From Eledone cirrhosa (taxonomy: Eukaryota): a stretch of 64,000 nt of DNA. This document shows, one piece after another, positions 1 to 15,000 of the stretch. Below the pieces are notes generated by a model. The model ran no database searches, was not told the DNA's origin, and was given only the letters and a program-made list of their open reading frames with translations. Both the position numbers and the translations under genes were made by a program. Numbering within the stretch: position 1 is the first letter of the stretch; every line of letters begins with the position of its first letter. The stretch lies in NCBI GenBank assembly GCA_964016885.1, contig OZ024748.1, positions 40,734,001 through 40,798,000 on the forward strand. Reading direction: 5' to 3'.

Positions 1-3000
1 GGTGCTCCTTTGTAGACTGATTGGCACAACACCATCCTTCAGGTGCTCCTTTGTAGACTGATTGGCAGCACACCATCCTTCAGGTGCTCCTTTGTAGACT
101 GATTGGCAGAACACCATCCTTCAGGTGCTCCTTTGTAGACTGATTGGCAGAACACCATCCTTCAGGTGCTCCTTTGTAGACTGATTGGCAGAACACCATC
201 CTTCAGGTGCTCCTTTGTAGACTGATTGGCAGCACACCATCCTTCAGGTGCTCCTTTGTAGACTGATTGGCACCACACCAACCTTCAGGTGCTCCTTTGT
301 AGACTGATTGGCACCACACCATCCTTCAGGTGCTCCTTTGTAGACTGATTGGCAGCACACCTACCTTCAGGTGCTCCTTTGTAGACTGATTGGCACCACA
401 CCATCCTTCAGGTGCTCCTTTGTAGACTGATTGGCACCACACCTACCTTCAGGTGCTCCTTTGTAGACTGATTGGCACCACACCAACCTTCAGGTGCTCC
501 TTTGTAGACTGATTGGCACCACACCTACCTTCAGGTGCTCCTTTGTAGACTGATTGGCACCACACCATCCTTCAGGTGCTCCTTTGTAGACTGATTGGCA
601 GCACACCATCCTTCAGGTGCTCCTTTGTAGACTGATTGGCACCACACCATCCTTCAGGTGCTCCTTTGTAGACTGATTGCCAGCACACCATCCTTCAGGT
701 GCTCCTTTGTAGACTGATTGGCAGAACACCATCCTTCAGGTGCTCCTTTGTAGACTGATTGGCACCACACCATCCTTCAGGTGCTCCTTTGTAGACTGAT
801 TGGCACCACACCATCCTTCAGGTCCTCCTTTGTAGACTGATTGGCAGCACACCAACCTTCAGGTGCTCCTTTGTAGACTGATTGGCAGCACACCATCCTT
901 CAGGTGCTCCTTTGTAGACTGATTGGCACCACACCAACCTTCAGGTGCTCCTTTGTAGACTGATTGGCAGAACACCATCCTTCAGGTGCTCCTTTGTAGA
1001 CTGATTGGCAGCACACCATCCTTCAGGTGCTCCTTTGTAGACTGATTGGCAGCACACCATCCTTCAGGTGCTCCTTTGTAGACTGATTGGCAGCACACCA
1101 TCCTTCAGGTGCTCCTTTGTAGACTGATTGGCAGAACACCATCCTTCAGGTGCTCCTTTGTAGACTGATTGGCACCACACCATCCTTCAGGTGCTCCGTT
1201 GTAGACTGATTGGCACCACAACAACCTTCAGGTGCTCCTTTGTAGACTGATTGGCACCACACCATCCTTCAGGTGCTCCTTTGTAGACTGATTGGCAGCA
1301 CACCTACCTTCAGGTGCTCCTTTGTAGACTGATTGGCACCACACCTACCTTCAGGTGCTCCTTTGTAGACTGATTGGCACCACACCATCCTTCAGGTGCT
1401 CCTTTGTAAACTGATTGGCACCACACCATCCTTCAGGTGCTCCTTTGTAGACTGATTGGCAGCACACCATCCTTCAGGTGCTCCTTTGTAGACTGATTGG
1501 CAGAACACCATCCTTCAGGTGCTCCTTTGTAGACTGATTGGCACCACACCATCCTTCAGGTGCTCCTTTGTAGACTGATTGGCACCACACCATCCTTCAG
1601 GTCCTCCTTTGTAGACTGATTGGCAGCACACCAACCTTCAGGTGCTCCTTTGTAGACTGATTGGCAGCACACCATCCTTCAGGTGCTCCTTTGTAGACTG
1701 ATTGGCACCACACCAACCTTCAGGTGCTCCTTTGTAGACTGATTGGCAGCACACCATCCTTCAGGTGCTCCTTTGTAGACTGATTGGCACCACACCAACC
1801 TTCAGGTGCTCCTTTGTAGACTGATTGGCAGCACACCATCCTTCAGGTGCTCCTTTGTAGACTGATTGGCAGCACACCATCCTTCAGGTGCTCCTTTGTA
1901 GACTGATTGGCAGAACACCATCCTTCAGGTGCTCCTTTGTAGACTGATTGGCAGAACACCATCCTTCAGGTGCTCCTTTGTAGACTGATTGGCAGAACAC
2001 CATCCTTCAGGTGCTCCTTTGTAGACTGATTGGCAGAACACCATCCTTCAGGTGCTCCTTTGTAGACTGATTGGCACCACACCATCCTTCAGGTGCTCCG
2101 TTGTAGACTGATTGGCACCACAACAACCTTCAGGTGCTCCTTTGTAGACTGATTGGCACAACACCATCCTTCAGGTGCTCCTTTGTAGACTGATTGGCAG
2201 CACACCATCCTTCAGGTGCTCCTTTGTAGACTGATTGGCACCACACCATCCTTCAGGTGCTCCTTTGTAGAATGATTGGCAGAACACCATCCTTCAGGTG
2301 CTCCTTTGTAGACTGATTGGCAGAACACCATCCTTCAGGTGCTCCTTTGTAGACTGATTGGCAGCACACCATCCTTCAGGTGCTCCTTTGTAGACTGATT
2401 GGCACCACACCAACCTTCAGGTGCTCCTTTGTAGACTGATTGGCACCACACCATCCTTCAGGTGCTCCTTTGTAGACTGATTGGCAGCACACCTACCTTC
2501 AGGTGCTCCTTTGTAGACTGATTGGCACCACACCATCCTTCAGGTGCTCCTTTGTAGACTGATTGGCACCACACCTACCTTCAGGTGCTCCTTTGTAGAC
2601 TGATTGGCACCACACCAACCTTCAGGTGCTCCTTTGTAGACTGATTGGCACCACACCTACCTTCAGGTGCTCCTTTTTAGACTGATTGGCACCACACCAT
2701 CCTTCAGGTGCTCCTTTGTAGACTGATTGGCAGCACACCATCCTTCAGGTGCTCCTTTGTAGACTGATTGGCACCACACCATCCTTCAGGTGCTCCTTTG
2801 TAGACTGATTGCCAGCACACCATCCTTCAGGTGCTCCTTTGTAGACTGATTGGCAGAACACCATCCTTCAGGTGCTCCTTTGTAGACTGATTGGCACCAC
2901 ACCATCCTTCAGGTGCTCCTTTGTAGACTGATTGGCACCACACCATCCTTCAGGTCCTCCTTTGTAGACTGATTGGCAGCACACCAACCTTCAGGTGCTC

Positions 3001-5300
3001 CTTTGTAGACTGATTGGCAGCACACCTACCTTCAGGTGCTCCTTTGTAGACTGATTGGCAGCACACCATCCTTCAGGTGCTCCTTTGTAGACTGATTGGC
3101 ACCACACCAACCTTCAGGTGCTCCTTTGTAGACTGATTGGCAGCACACCATCCTTCAGGTGCTCCTTTGTAGACTGATTGGCAGCACACCATCCTTCAGG
3201 TGCTCCTTTGTAGACTGATTGGCAGAACACCATCCTTCAGGTGCTCCTTTGTAGACTGATTGGCACCACACCATCCTTCAGTTGCTCCGTTGTAGACTGA
3301 TTGGCACCACAACAACCTTCAGGTGCTCCTTTGTAGACTGATTGGCACCACACCATCCTTCAGGTGCTCCGTTGTAGACTGATTGGCACCACAACAACCT
3401 TCAGGTGCTCCTTTGTAGACTGATTGGCACCACACCATCCTTCAGGTGCTCCTTTGTAGACTGATTGGCAGCACACCATCCTTCAGGTCCTCCTTTGTAG
3501 ACTGATTGGCACCACACCATCCTTCAGGTGCTCCTTTGTAGACTGATTGGCACCACACCAACCTTCAGGTGCTCCTTTGTAGACTGATTGGCAGCACACC
3601 ATCCTTCAGGTGCTCCTTTGTAGACTGATTGGCAGAACACCATCCTTCAGGTGCTCCTTTGTAGACTGATTGGCAGAACACCATCCTTCAGGTGCTCCTT
3701 TGTAGACTGATTGGCAGCACACCATCCTTCAGGTGCTCCTTTGTAGACTGATTGGCACCACACCAACCTTCAGGTGCTCCTTTGTAGACTGATTGGCAGC
3801 ACACCATCCTTCAGGTGCTCCTTTGTAGACTGATTGGCAGCACACCATCCTTCAGGTGCTCCTTTGTAGACTGATTGGCAGAACACCATCCTTCAGGTGC
3901 TCCTTTGTAGACTGATTGGCAGAACACCATCCTTCAGGTGCTCCTTTGTAGACTGATTGGCAGAACACCATCCTTCAGGTGCTCCTTTGTAGACTGATTG
4001 GCAGAACACCATCCTTCAGGTGCTCCTTTGTAGACTGATTGGCACCACACCATCCTTCAGGTGCTCCGTTGTAGACTGATTGGCACCACAACAACCTTCA
4101 GGTGCTCCTTTGTAGACTGATTGGCACAACACCATCCTTCAGGTGCTCCTTTGTAGACTGATTGGCAGCACACCATCCTTCAGGTGCTCCTTTGTAGACT
4201 GATTGGCAGAACACCATCCTTCAGGTGCTCCTTTGTAGACTGATTGGCAGAACACCATCCTTCAGGTGCTCCTTTGTAGACTGATTGGCAGAACACCATC
4301 CTTCAGGTGCTCCTTTGTAGACTGATTGGCAGCACACCATCCTTCAGGTGCTCCTTTGTAGACTGATTGGCACCACACCAACCTTCAGGTGCTCCTTTGT
4401 AGACTGATTGGCACCACACCATCCTTCAGGTGCTCCTTTGTAGACTGATTGGCAGCACACCTACCTTCAGGTGCTCCTTTGTAGACTGATTGGCACCACA
4501 CCATCCTTCAGGTGCTCCTTTGTAGACTGATTGGCACCACACCTACCTTCAGGTGCTCCTTTGTAGACTGATTGGCACCACACCAACCTTCAGGTGCTCC
4601 TTTGTAGACTGATTGGCACCACACCTACCTTCAGGTGCTCCTTTGTAGACTGATTGGCACCACACCATCCTTCAGGTGCTCCTTTGTAGACTGATTGGCA
4701 GCACACCATCCTTCAGGTGCTCCTTTGTAGACTGATTGGCACCACACCATCCTTCAGGTGCTCCTTTGTAGACTGATTGCCAGCACACCATCCTTCAGGT
4801 GCTCCTTTGTAGACTGATTGGCAGAACACCATCCTTCAGGTGCTCCTTTGTAGACTGATTGGCACCACACCATCCTTCAGGTGCTCCTTTGTAGACTGAT
4901 TGGCACCACACCATCCTTCAGGTCCTCCTTTGTAGACTGATTGGCAGCACACCAACCTTCAGGTGCTCCTTTGTAGACTGATTGGCAGCACACCATCCTT
5001 CAGGTGCTCCTTTGTAGACTGATTGGCACCACACCAACCTTCAGGTGCTCCTTTGTAGACTGATTGGCAGAACACCATCCTTCAGGTGCTCCTTTGTAGA
5101 CTGATTGGCAGCACACCATCCTTCAGGTGCTCCTTTGTAGACTGATTGGCAGCACACCATCCTTCAGGTGCTCCTTTGTAGACTGATTGGCAGAACACCA
5201 TCCTTCAGGTGCTCCTTTGTAGACTGATTGGCACCACACCATCCTTCAGGTGCTCCGTTGTAGACTGATTGGCACCACAACAACCTTCAGGTGCTCCTTT
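1..5300. repeat. Higher-order repeat in array A, about 2 kb (52 then 48 monomers), roughly 2.5 copies
   Basis: The rare variant TTGGCACAAC occurs at 21, 2153 and 4121. The rare GATTGCCAG has its GCC at 679, 2811 and 4779. Offsets are 2132 (52x41) and 1968 (48x41). Boundaries are approximate. Confidence 0.85.
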
Positions 5301-6949
5301 GTAGACTGATTGGCACCACACCATCCTTCAGGTGCTCCGTTGTAGACTGATTGGCACCACAACAACCTTCAGGTGCTCCTTTGTAGACTGATTGGCAGCA
5401 CACCATCCTTCAGGTCCTCCTTTGTAGACTGATTGGCACCACACCAACCTTCAGGTGCTCCTTTGTAGACTGATTGGCAGCACACCATCCTTCAGGTGCT
5501 CCTTTGTAGACTGATTGGCAGCACACCATCCTTCAGGTCCTCCTTTGTAGACTGATTGGCACCACACCAACCTTCAGGTGCTCCTTTGTAGACTGATTGG
5601 CAGCACACCATCCTTCAGGTGCTCCTTTGTAGACTGATTGGCAGCACACCATCCTTCAGGTGCTCCTTTGTAGACTGATTGGCACCACACCAACCTTCAG
5701 GTGCTCCTTTGTAGACTGATTGGCAGAACACCATCCTTCAGGTGCTCCTTTGTAGACTGATTGGCAGCACACCATCCTTCAGGTGCTCCTTTGTAGACTG
5801 ATTGGCAGCACACCATCCTTCAGGTGCTACTTTGTAGACTGATTGGCACCACACCATCCTTCAGGTGCTCCTTTGTAGACTGATTGGCAGCACAACAACC
5901 TTCAGGTGCTCCTTTGTAGACTGATTGGCACCACACCATCCTTCAGGTGCTCCTTTGTAGACTGATTGGCACCACACCATCCTTCAGGTGCTCCGTTGTA
6001 GACTGATTGGTACCACACCATCCTTCAGGTCCTCCTTTGTAGACTGATTGGCAGCACACCATCCTTCAGGTGCTCCTTTGTAGACTGATTGGCAGCACAC
6101 CAACCTTCAAGTGCTCCTTTGTAGACTGATTGGCAGCACACCATCCTTCAGGTGCTCCTTTGTAGACTGATTGGCACCACACCAACCTTCAGGTGCTCCT
6201 TTGTAGACTGATTGGCAGAACACCATCCTTCAGGTGCTCCTTTGTAGACTGATTGGCAGCACACCATCCTTCAGGTGCTCCTTTGTAGACTGATTGGCAC
6301 CACACCATCCTTCAGGTGCTCCTTTGTAGACTGATTGGCACCACACCATCCTTCAGGTCCTCCTTTGTAGACTGATTGGCAGCACACCAACCTTCAGGTG
6401 CTCCTTTGTAGACTGATTGGCACCACACCATCCTTCAGGTGCTCCTTTGTAGACTGATTGGCAGCACACCAACCATCAGGTGCTCCTTTGTAGACTGATT
6501 GGCACCACACCATCCTTCAGGTGCTCCTTTGTAGACTGATTGGCACCACACCATCCTTCAGGTGCTCCTTTGTAGACTGATTGGCAGCACACCATCCTTC
6601 AGGTGCTCCTTTGTAGACTGATTGGCAGAACACCATCCTTCAGGTGCTCCTTTGTAGACTGATTGGCAGCACATCTACCTTCAGGTGTTCCTTTGTAGAC
6701 TGATTGGCAGCGCACCATCCTTCAGGTGCTCCTTTGTAGACTGATTGGCACCACACCAACCTTCAGGTGCTCCTTTGTAGACTGATTGGCAGAACACCAT
6801 CCTTCAGGTGCTCCTTTGTAGACTGATTGGCAGCACATCTACCTTCAGGTGCTCCTTTGTAGACTGATTGGCAGCGCACCATCCTTCAGGTGCTCCTTTG
6901 TAGACTGATTGGCACCACACCAACCTTCAGGTGCTCCTTTGTAGACTCA

Positions 6950-9900
6950 TTGGCACCACACCATCCTTCAGGTGCTCCTTTCTAGACTGATTGGCAGCAC
7001 ACCATCCTTCAGGTGCTCCTTTGTAGACTGATTGGCAGCACACCAACCTTCAGGTGCTCCTTTGTAGACTGATTGGCAGCACACCTACCTTCAGGTGCTC
7101 CTTTGTAGACTGATTGGCAGCACACCATCCTTCAGGTGCTCCTTTGTAGACTGATTGGCAGCACACCATCCTTCAGGTGCTCCTTTGTAGACTGATTGGC
7201 AGCACACCATCCTTCAGGTGCTCCTTTGTAGACTGATTGGCAGCACACCATCCTTCAGGTGCTCCTTTGTAGACTGATTGGCAGCACACCATCCTTCAGG
7301 TGCTCCTTTGTAGACTGATTGGCAGCACACCATCCTTCAGGTGCTCCTTTGTAGACTGATTGGCAGCACACCATCCTTCAGGTGCTCCTTTGTAGACTGA
7401 TTGGCAGCGCAGCAACCTTCAGGTGCTCCTTTGTAGACTGATTGGCACCACAACAATCTTCAGGTGCTCCTTTGTAGACTGATTGGCAGCACACCATCCT
7501 TCAGGTGCTCCTTTGTAGACTGATTGGCAGCACACCTACCTTCAGGTGCTCCTTTGTAGACTGAATGGCACCACACCATCCTTCAGGTGCTCCTTTGTAG
7601 ACTGATTGGCAGCACACCATCCTTCAGGTGCTCCTTTGTAGACTGATTGGCAGCACACCATCCTTCAGGTGCTCCTTTGTAGATTGATTGGCAGCACAGC
7701 AACCTTCAGGTGCTCCTTTGTAGACTGATTGGAAGAACACCATCCTTCAGGTGCTCCTTTGTAGACTGATTGGCACCACAACAACTTTCAGGTGCTCCTT
7801 TGTAGACTGATTGGCAGCACACCATCCTTCAGGTGCTCCTTTGTAGACTGATTGGCAGCACACCTACCTTCAGGTGCTCCTTTGTAGACTGATTGGCACC
7901 ACAACAACCTTCAGGTGCTCCTTTGTAGACTGATTGGCACCACAACAACCTTCAGGTGCTCCTTTGTAGACTGATTGGCAGCACACCATCCTTCAGGTGC
8001 TCCTTTGTAGACTGATTGGCAGCACACCATCCTTCAGGTGCTCCTTTGTAGATTGATTGGCAGCACAGCAACCTTCAGGTGCTCCTTTGTAGACTGATTG
8101 GAAGAACACCATCCTTCAGGTGCTCCTTTGTAGACTGATTGGCACCACAACAACTTTCAGGTGCTCCTTTGTAGACTGATTGGCAGCACACCATCCTTCA
8201 GGTGCTCCTTTGTAGACTGATTGGCAGCACACCTACCTTCAGGTGCTCCTTTGTAGACTGATTGGCACCACAACAACCTTCAGGTGCTCCTTTGTAGACT
8301 GATTGGCACCACAACAACCTTCAGGTGCTCCTTTGTAGACTGATTGGCAGCACACCATCCTTCAGGTGCTCCTTTGTAGACTGATTGGCAGCACACCTAC
8401 CTTCAGGTGCTCCTTTGTAGACTGATTGGCACCACAACAACCTTCAGGTGCTCCTTTGTAGACTGATTGGCAGCACACCATCCTTCAGGTGCTCCTTTGT
8501 AGACTGATTGGCAGCACACCTACCTTCAGGTGCTCCTTTGTAGACTGATTGGCAGCACACCATCCTTCAGGTGCTCCTTTGTAGACTGATTGGCACCACA
8601 CCATCCTTCAGGTGCTCCTTTGTAGACTGATTGGCAGCACACCTACCTTCAGGTGCTCCTTTGTAGACTGATTGGCAGCACACCATCCTTCAGGTGCTCC
8701 TTTGTAGACTGATTGGCACCACACCAACCTTCAGGTGCTCCTTTGTAGACTGATTGGCAGCACACCAATCTTCAGGTGCTCCTTTGTAGACTGATTGGCA
8801 CCACACCATCCTTCAGGTGCTCCTTTGTAGACTGACTGGCAGCACACCATCCTTCAGGTGCTCCTTTGTAGACTGATTGGCACCACAACAACCTTCAGGT
8901 GCTCCTTTGTAGACTGATTGGCAGCACACCTACCTTCAGGTGCTCCTTTGTAGACTGATTGGCACCACACCATCCTTCAGGTGCTCCTTTGTAGACTGAT
9001 TGGCAGCACAACAACCTTCAGGTGCTCCTTTGTAGAATGATTGGCACCACACCATCCTTCAGGTGCTCCTTTCTAGACTGATTGGCAGCACACCATCCTT
9101 CAGGTGCTCCTTTGTAGACTGATTGGCAGCACAACAACCTTCAGGTGCTCCTTTGTAGACTGATTGGCACCACACCATCCTTCAGGTGCTCCTTTGTAGA
9201 CTGATTGGCAGCACACCATCCTTCAGGTGCTCCTTTGTAGACTGATTGGCACCACACCATCCTTCAGGTGCTCCTTTGTAGACTGATTGGCACCACACCA
9301 TCCTTCAGGTGCTCCTGTGTAGACTGATTGGCAGCACACCAACCTTCAGGTGCTCCTTTGTAGACTGATTGGCACCACACCATCCTTCAGGTGCTCCTTT
9401 GTAGACTGATTGGCAGAACACCATCCTTCAGGTGCTCCTTTGTAGACTGATTGGCACCACACCATCCTTCAGGTGCTCCTTTGTAGACTGATTGGCACCA
9501 CACCATCCTTCAGGTGCTCCTGTGTAGACTGATTGGCAGCACACCAACCTTCAGGTGCTCCTTTGTAGACTGATTGGCACCACACCATCCTTCAGGTGCT
9601 CCTTTGTAGACTGATTGGGAGAACACCATCCTTCAGGTGCTCCTTTGTAGACTGATTGGCACCACACCATCCTTCAGGTGCTCCATTGTAGACTGATTGG
9701 CAGCACACCAACCTTCAGGTGCTCCTTTGTAGACTGATTGGCAGCACACCAACCTTCAGGTGCTCCTTTGTAGACTGATTGGCACCACACCATCCTTCAG
9801 GTGCTCCTTTGTAGACTGATTGGCAGAACACCATCATTCAGGTGCTCCTTTGTAGACTGATTGGCAGAACACCATCCTTCAGGTGCTCCTTTGTAGACTG

Positions 9901-12900
9901 ATTGGCAGAACACCATCCTTCAGGTGCTCCTTTGTAGACTGATTGGCAGCACACCATCCTTCAGGTGCTCCTTTGTAGACTGATTGGCAGCACACCTACC
10001 TTCAGGTGCTCCTTTGTAGACTGAATGGCACCACACCAACCTTCCGGTGCTCCTTTGTAGACTGATTGGCACCACACCATCCTTCAGGTCCTCCTTTTTA
10101 GACTGATTGGCACCACACCAACCTTCAGGTGCTCCTTTGTAGACTGATTGGCACCACACCAACCTTCAGGTGCTCCTTTGTAGACTGATTGGCACCACAC
10201 CATCCTTCAGGTGCTCCTTTCTAGACTGATTGGCAGCACACCATCCTTCAGGTGCTCCTTTGTAGACTGATTGGCAGCACACCAACCTTCAGGTGCTCCT
10301 TTGTAGACTGATTGGCAGCACACCTACCTTCAGGTGCTCCTTTGTAGACTGATTGGCAGCACACCATCCTTCAGGTGCTCCTTTGTAGACTGATTGGCAC
10401 CACACCAACCTTCAGGTGCTCCTTTGTAGACTGATTGGCACCACACCATCCTTCAGGTGCTCCTTTCTAGACTGATTGGCAGCACACCATCCTTCAGGTG
10501 CTCCTTTGTAGACTGATTGGCAGCACACCAACCTTCAGGTGCTCCTTTGTAGACTGATTGGCAGCACACCTACCTTCAGGTGCTCCTTTGTAGACTGATT
10601 GGCAGCACACCATCCTTCAGGTGCTCCTTTGTAGACTGATTGGCAGCACACCATCCTTCAGGTGATCCTTTGTAGACTGATTGGCAGCACACCATCCTTC
10701 AGGTGCTCCTTTGTAGACTGATTGGCAGCACACCATCCTTCAGGTGCTCCTTTGTAGACTGATTGGCAGCACACCATCCTTCAGGTGCTCCTTTGTAGAC
10801 TGATTGGCAGCACACCATCCTTCAGGTGCTCCTTTGTAGACTGATTGGCAGCACACCATCCTTCAGGTGCTCCTTTGTAGACTGATTGGCAGCACAGCAA
10901 CCTTCAGGTGCTCCTTTGTAGACTGATTGGCACCACAACAACCTTCAGGTGCTCCTTTGTAGACTGATTGGCAGCACACCATCCTTCAGGTGCTCCTTTG
11001 TAGACTGATTGGCAGCACACCTACCTTCAGGTGCTCCTTTGTAGACTGAATGGCACCACACCATCCTTCAGGTGCTCCTTTGTAGACTGATTGGCAGCAC
11101 ACCATCCTTCAGGTGCTCCTTTGTAGACTGATTGGCAGCACACCATCCTTCAGGTGCTCCTTTGTAGATTGATTGGCAGCACAGCAACCTTCAGGTGCTC
11201 CTTTGTAGACTGATTGGAAGAACACCATCCTTCAGGTGCTCCTTTGTAGACTGATTGGCACCACAACAACTTTCAGGTGCTCCTTTGTAGACTGATTGGC
11301 AGCACACCATCCTTCAGGTGCTCCTTTGTAGACTGATTGGCAGCACACCTACCTTCAGGTGCTCCTTTGTAGACTGATTGGCACCACAACAACCTTCAGG
11401 TGCTCCTTTGTAGACTGATAGGCACCACAACAACCTTCAGGTGCTCCTTTGTAGACTGATTGGCAGCACACCATCCTTCAGGTGCTCCTTTGTAGACTGA
11501 TTGGCAGCACACCATCCTTCAGGTGCTCCTTTGTAGATTGATTGGCAGCACAGCAACCTTCAGGTGCTCCTTTGTAGACTGATTGGAAGAACACCATCCT
11601 TCAGGTGCTCCTTTGTAGACTGATTGGCACCACAACAACTTTCAGGTGCTCCTTTGTAGACTGATTGGCAGCACACCATCCTTCAGGTGCTCCTTTGTAG
11701 ACTGATTGGCAGCACACCTACCTTTAGGTGCTCCTTTGTAGACTGATTGGCACCACAACAACCTTCAGGTGCTCCTTTGTAGACTGATTGGCACCACAAC
11801 AACCTTCAGGTGCTCCTTTGTAGACTGATTGGCAGCACACCATCCTTCAGGTGCTCCTTTGTAGACTGATTGGCAGCACACCTACCTTCAGGTGCTCCTT
11901 TGTAGACTGATTGGCACCACAACAACCTTCAGGTGCTCCTTTGTAGACTGATTGGCAGCACACCATCCTTCAGGTGCTCCTTTGTAGACTGATTGGCAGC
12001 ACACCTACCTTCAGGTGCTCCTTTGTAGACTGATTGGCAGCACACCATCCTTCAGGTGCTCCTTTGTAGACTGATTGGCACCACACCATCCTTCAGGTGC
12101 TCCTTTGTAGACTGATTGGCAGCACACCTACCTTCAGGTGCTCCTTTGTAGACTGATTGGCAGCACACCATCCTTCAGGTGCTCCTTTGTAGACTGATTG
12201 GCACCACACCAACCTTCAGGTGCTCCTTTGTAGACTGATTGGCAGCACACCAATCTTCAGGTGCTCCTTTGTAGACTGATTGGCACCACACCATCCTTCA
12301 GGTGCTCCTTTGTAGACTGACTGGCAGCACACCATCCTTCAGGTGCTCCTTTGTAGACTGATTGGCACCACAACAACCTTCAGGTGCTCCTTTGTAGACT
12401 GATTGGCAGCACACCTACCTTCAGGTGCTCCTTTGTAGACTGATTGGCACCACACCATCCTTCAGGTGCTCCTTTGTAGACTGATTGGCAGCACAACAAC
12501 CTTCAGGTGCTCCTTTGTAGAATGATTGGCACCACACCATCCTTCAGGTGCTCCTTTCTAGACTGATTGGCAGCACACCATCCTTCAGGTGCTCCTTTGT
12601 AGACTGATTGGCAGCACAACAACCTTCAGGTGCTCCTTTGTAGACTGATTGGCACCACACCATCCTTCAGGTGCTCCTTTGTAGACTGATTGGCAGCACA
12701 CCATCCTTCAGGTGCTCCTTTGTAGACTGATTGGCACCACACCATCCTTCAGGTGCTCCTTTGTAGACTGATTGGCACCACACCATCCTTCAGGTGCTCC
12801 TGTGTAGACTGATTGGCAGCACACCAACCTTCAGGTGCTCCTTTGTAGACTGATTGGCACCACACCATCCTTCAGGTGCTCCTTTGTAGACTGATTGGGA

Positions 12901-15000
12901 GAACACCATCCTTCAGGTGCTCCTTTGTAGACTGATTGGCACCACACCATCCTTCAGGTGCTCCTTTGTAGACTGATTGGCACCACACCATCCTTCAGGT
13001 GCTCCTGTGTAGACTGATTGGCAGCACACCAACCTTCAGGTGCTCCTTTGTAGACTGATTGGCACCACACCATCCTTCAGGTGCTCCTTTGTAGACTGAT
13101 TGGGAGAACACCATCCTTCAGGTGCTCCTTTGTAGACTGATTGGCACCACACCATCCTTCAGGTGCTCCATTGTAGACTGATTGGCAGCACACCAACCTT
13201 CAGGTGCTCCTTTGTAGACTGATTGGCAGCACACCAACCTTCAGGTGCTCCTTTGTAGACTGATTGGCACCACACCATCCTTCAGGTGCTCCTTTGTAGA
13301 CTGATTGGCAGAACACCATCATTCAGGTGCTCCTTTGTAGACTGATTGGCAGAACACCATCCTTCAGGTGCTCCTTTGTAGACTGATTGGCAGAACACCA
13401 TCCTTCAGGTGCTCCTTTGTAGACTGATTGGCAGCACACCATCCTTCAGGTGCTCCTTTGTAGACTGATTGGCAGCACACCTACCTTCAGGTGCTCCTTT
13501 GTAGACTGAATGGCACCACACCAACCTTCCGGTGCTCCTTTGTAGACTGATTGGCACCACACCATCCTTCAGGTCCTCCTTTTTAGACTGATTGGCACCA
13601 CACCAACCTTCAGGTGCTCCTTTGTAGACTGATTGGCACCACACCAACCTTCAGGTGCTCCTTTGTAGACTGATTGGCACCACACCATCCTTCAGGTGCT
13701 CCTTTCTAGACTGATTGGCAGCACACCATCCTTCAGGTGCTCCTTTGTAGACTGATTGGCAGCACACCAACCTTCAGGTGCTCCTTTGTAGACTGATTGG
13801 CAGCACACCTACCTTCAGGTGCTCCTTTGTAGACTGATTGGCAGCACACCATCCTTCAGGTGCTCCTTTGTAGACTGATTGGCACCACACCAACCTTCAG
13901 GTGCTCCTTTGTAGACTGATTGGCAGCACACCATCCTTCAGGTGCTCCTTTCTAGACTGATTGGCAGCACACCATCCTTCAGGTGCTCCTTTGTAGACTG
14001 ATTGGCAGCACACCAACCTTCAGGTGCTCCTTTGTAGACTGATTGGCAGCACACCTACCTTCAGGTGCTCCTTTGTAGACTGATTGGCAGCACACCTACC
14101 TTCAGGTGCTCCTTTGTAGACTGATTGGCAGCACACCATCCTTCAGGTGATCCTTTGTAGACTGATTGGCAGCACACCATCCTTCAGGTGCTCCTTTGTA
14201 GACTGATTGGCAGCACACCATCCTTCAGGTGCTCCTTTGTAGACTGATTGGCAGCACACCATCCTTCAGGTGCTCCTTTGTAGACTGATTGGCAGCACAC
14301 CATCCTTCAGGTGCTCCTTTGTAGACTGATTGGCAGCACACCATCCTTCAGGTGCTCCTTTGTAGACTGATTGGCAGCACAGCAACCTTCAGGTGCTCCT
14401 TTGTAGACTGATTGGCACCACAACAACCTTCAGGTGCTCCTTTGTAGACTGATTGGCAGCACACCATCCTTCAGGTGCTCCTTTGTAGACTGATTGGCAG
14501 CACACCTACCTTCAGGTGCTCCTTTGTAGACTGAATGGCACCACACCATCCTTCAGGTGCTCCTTTGTAGACTGATTGGCAGCACACCATCCTTCAGGTG
14601 CTCCTTTGTAGACTGATTGGCAGCACACCATCCTTCAGGTGCTCCTTTGTAGATTGATTGGCAGCACAGCAACCTTCAGGTGCTCCTTTGTAGACTGATT
14701 GGAAGAACACCATCCTTCAGGTGCTCCTTTGTAGACTGATTGGCACCACAACAACTTTCAGGTGCTCCTTTGTAGACTGATTGGCAGCACACCATCCTTC
14801 AGGTGCTCCTTTGTAGACTGATTGGCAGCACACCTACTTTCAGGTGCTCCTTTGTAGACTGATTGGCACCACAACAACCTTCAGGTGCTCCTTTGTAGAC
14901 TGATTGGCACCACAACAACCTTCAGGTGCTCCTTTGTAGACTGATTGGCAGCACACCATCCTTCAGGTGCTCCTTTGTAGACTGATTGGCAGCACACCTA
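6950..15000. repeat. Higher-order repeat in array A, 3485 bp (85 monomers), two full copies plus a partial third
   Basis: The CTGAATGG variant occurs at 7561, 11046 and 14531. The TTTCTAGA variant has its C at 6982, 10467 and 13952. Identical spurious ORFs lie at 9920 and 13405. All offsets are 3485. Boundaries are approximate. Confidence 0.92.

Noticed and set aside
26-47. Small hairpin potential in the array A monomer (CACC-N8-GGTG, AGCAC...GTGCT) as a terminator or structured RNA
   Set aside because: The stems are only 4-5 bp and overlap the variable segment without clear compensatory change. There is no evidence of transcription, so it is too weak to call.
9920-10162. 80-aa minus-strand ORF (MVWCQSVYKGAPEGW...), with an identical copy at 13405-13647
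   Set aside because: It is translated satellite. One A>C variant (CTTCCGGT near 10045) removes the single TGA that recurs every 123 bp on the minus strand, joining two 41-codon cycles. The second copy results from the 3485-bp higher-order repeat. It has no recognisable domain or gene context.
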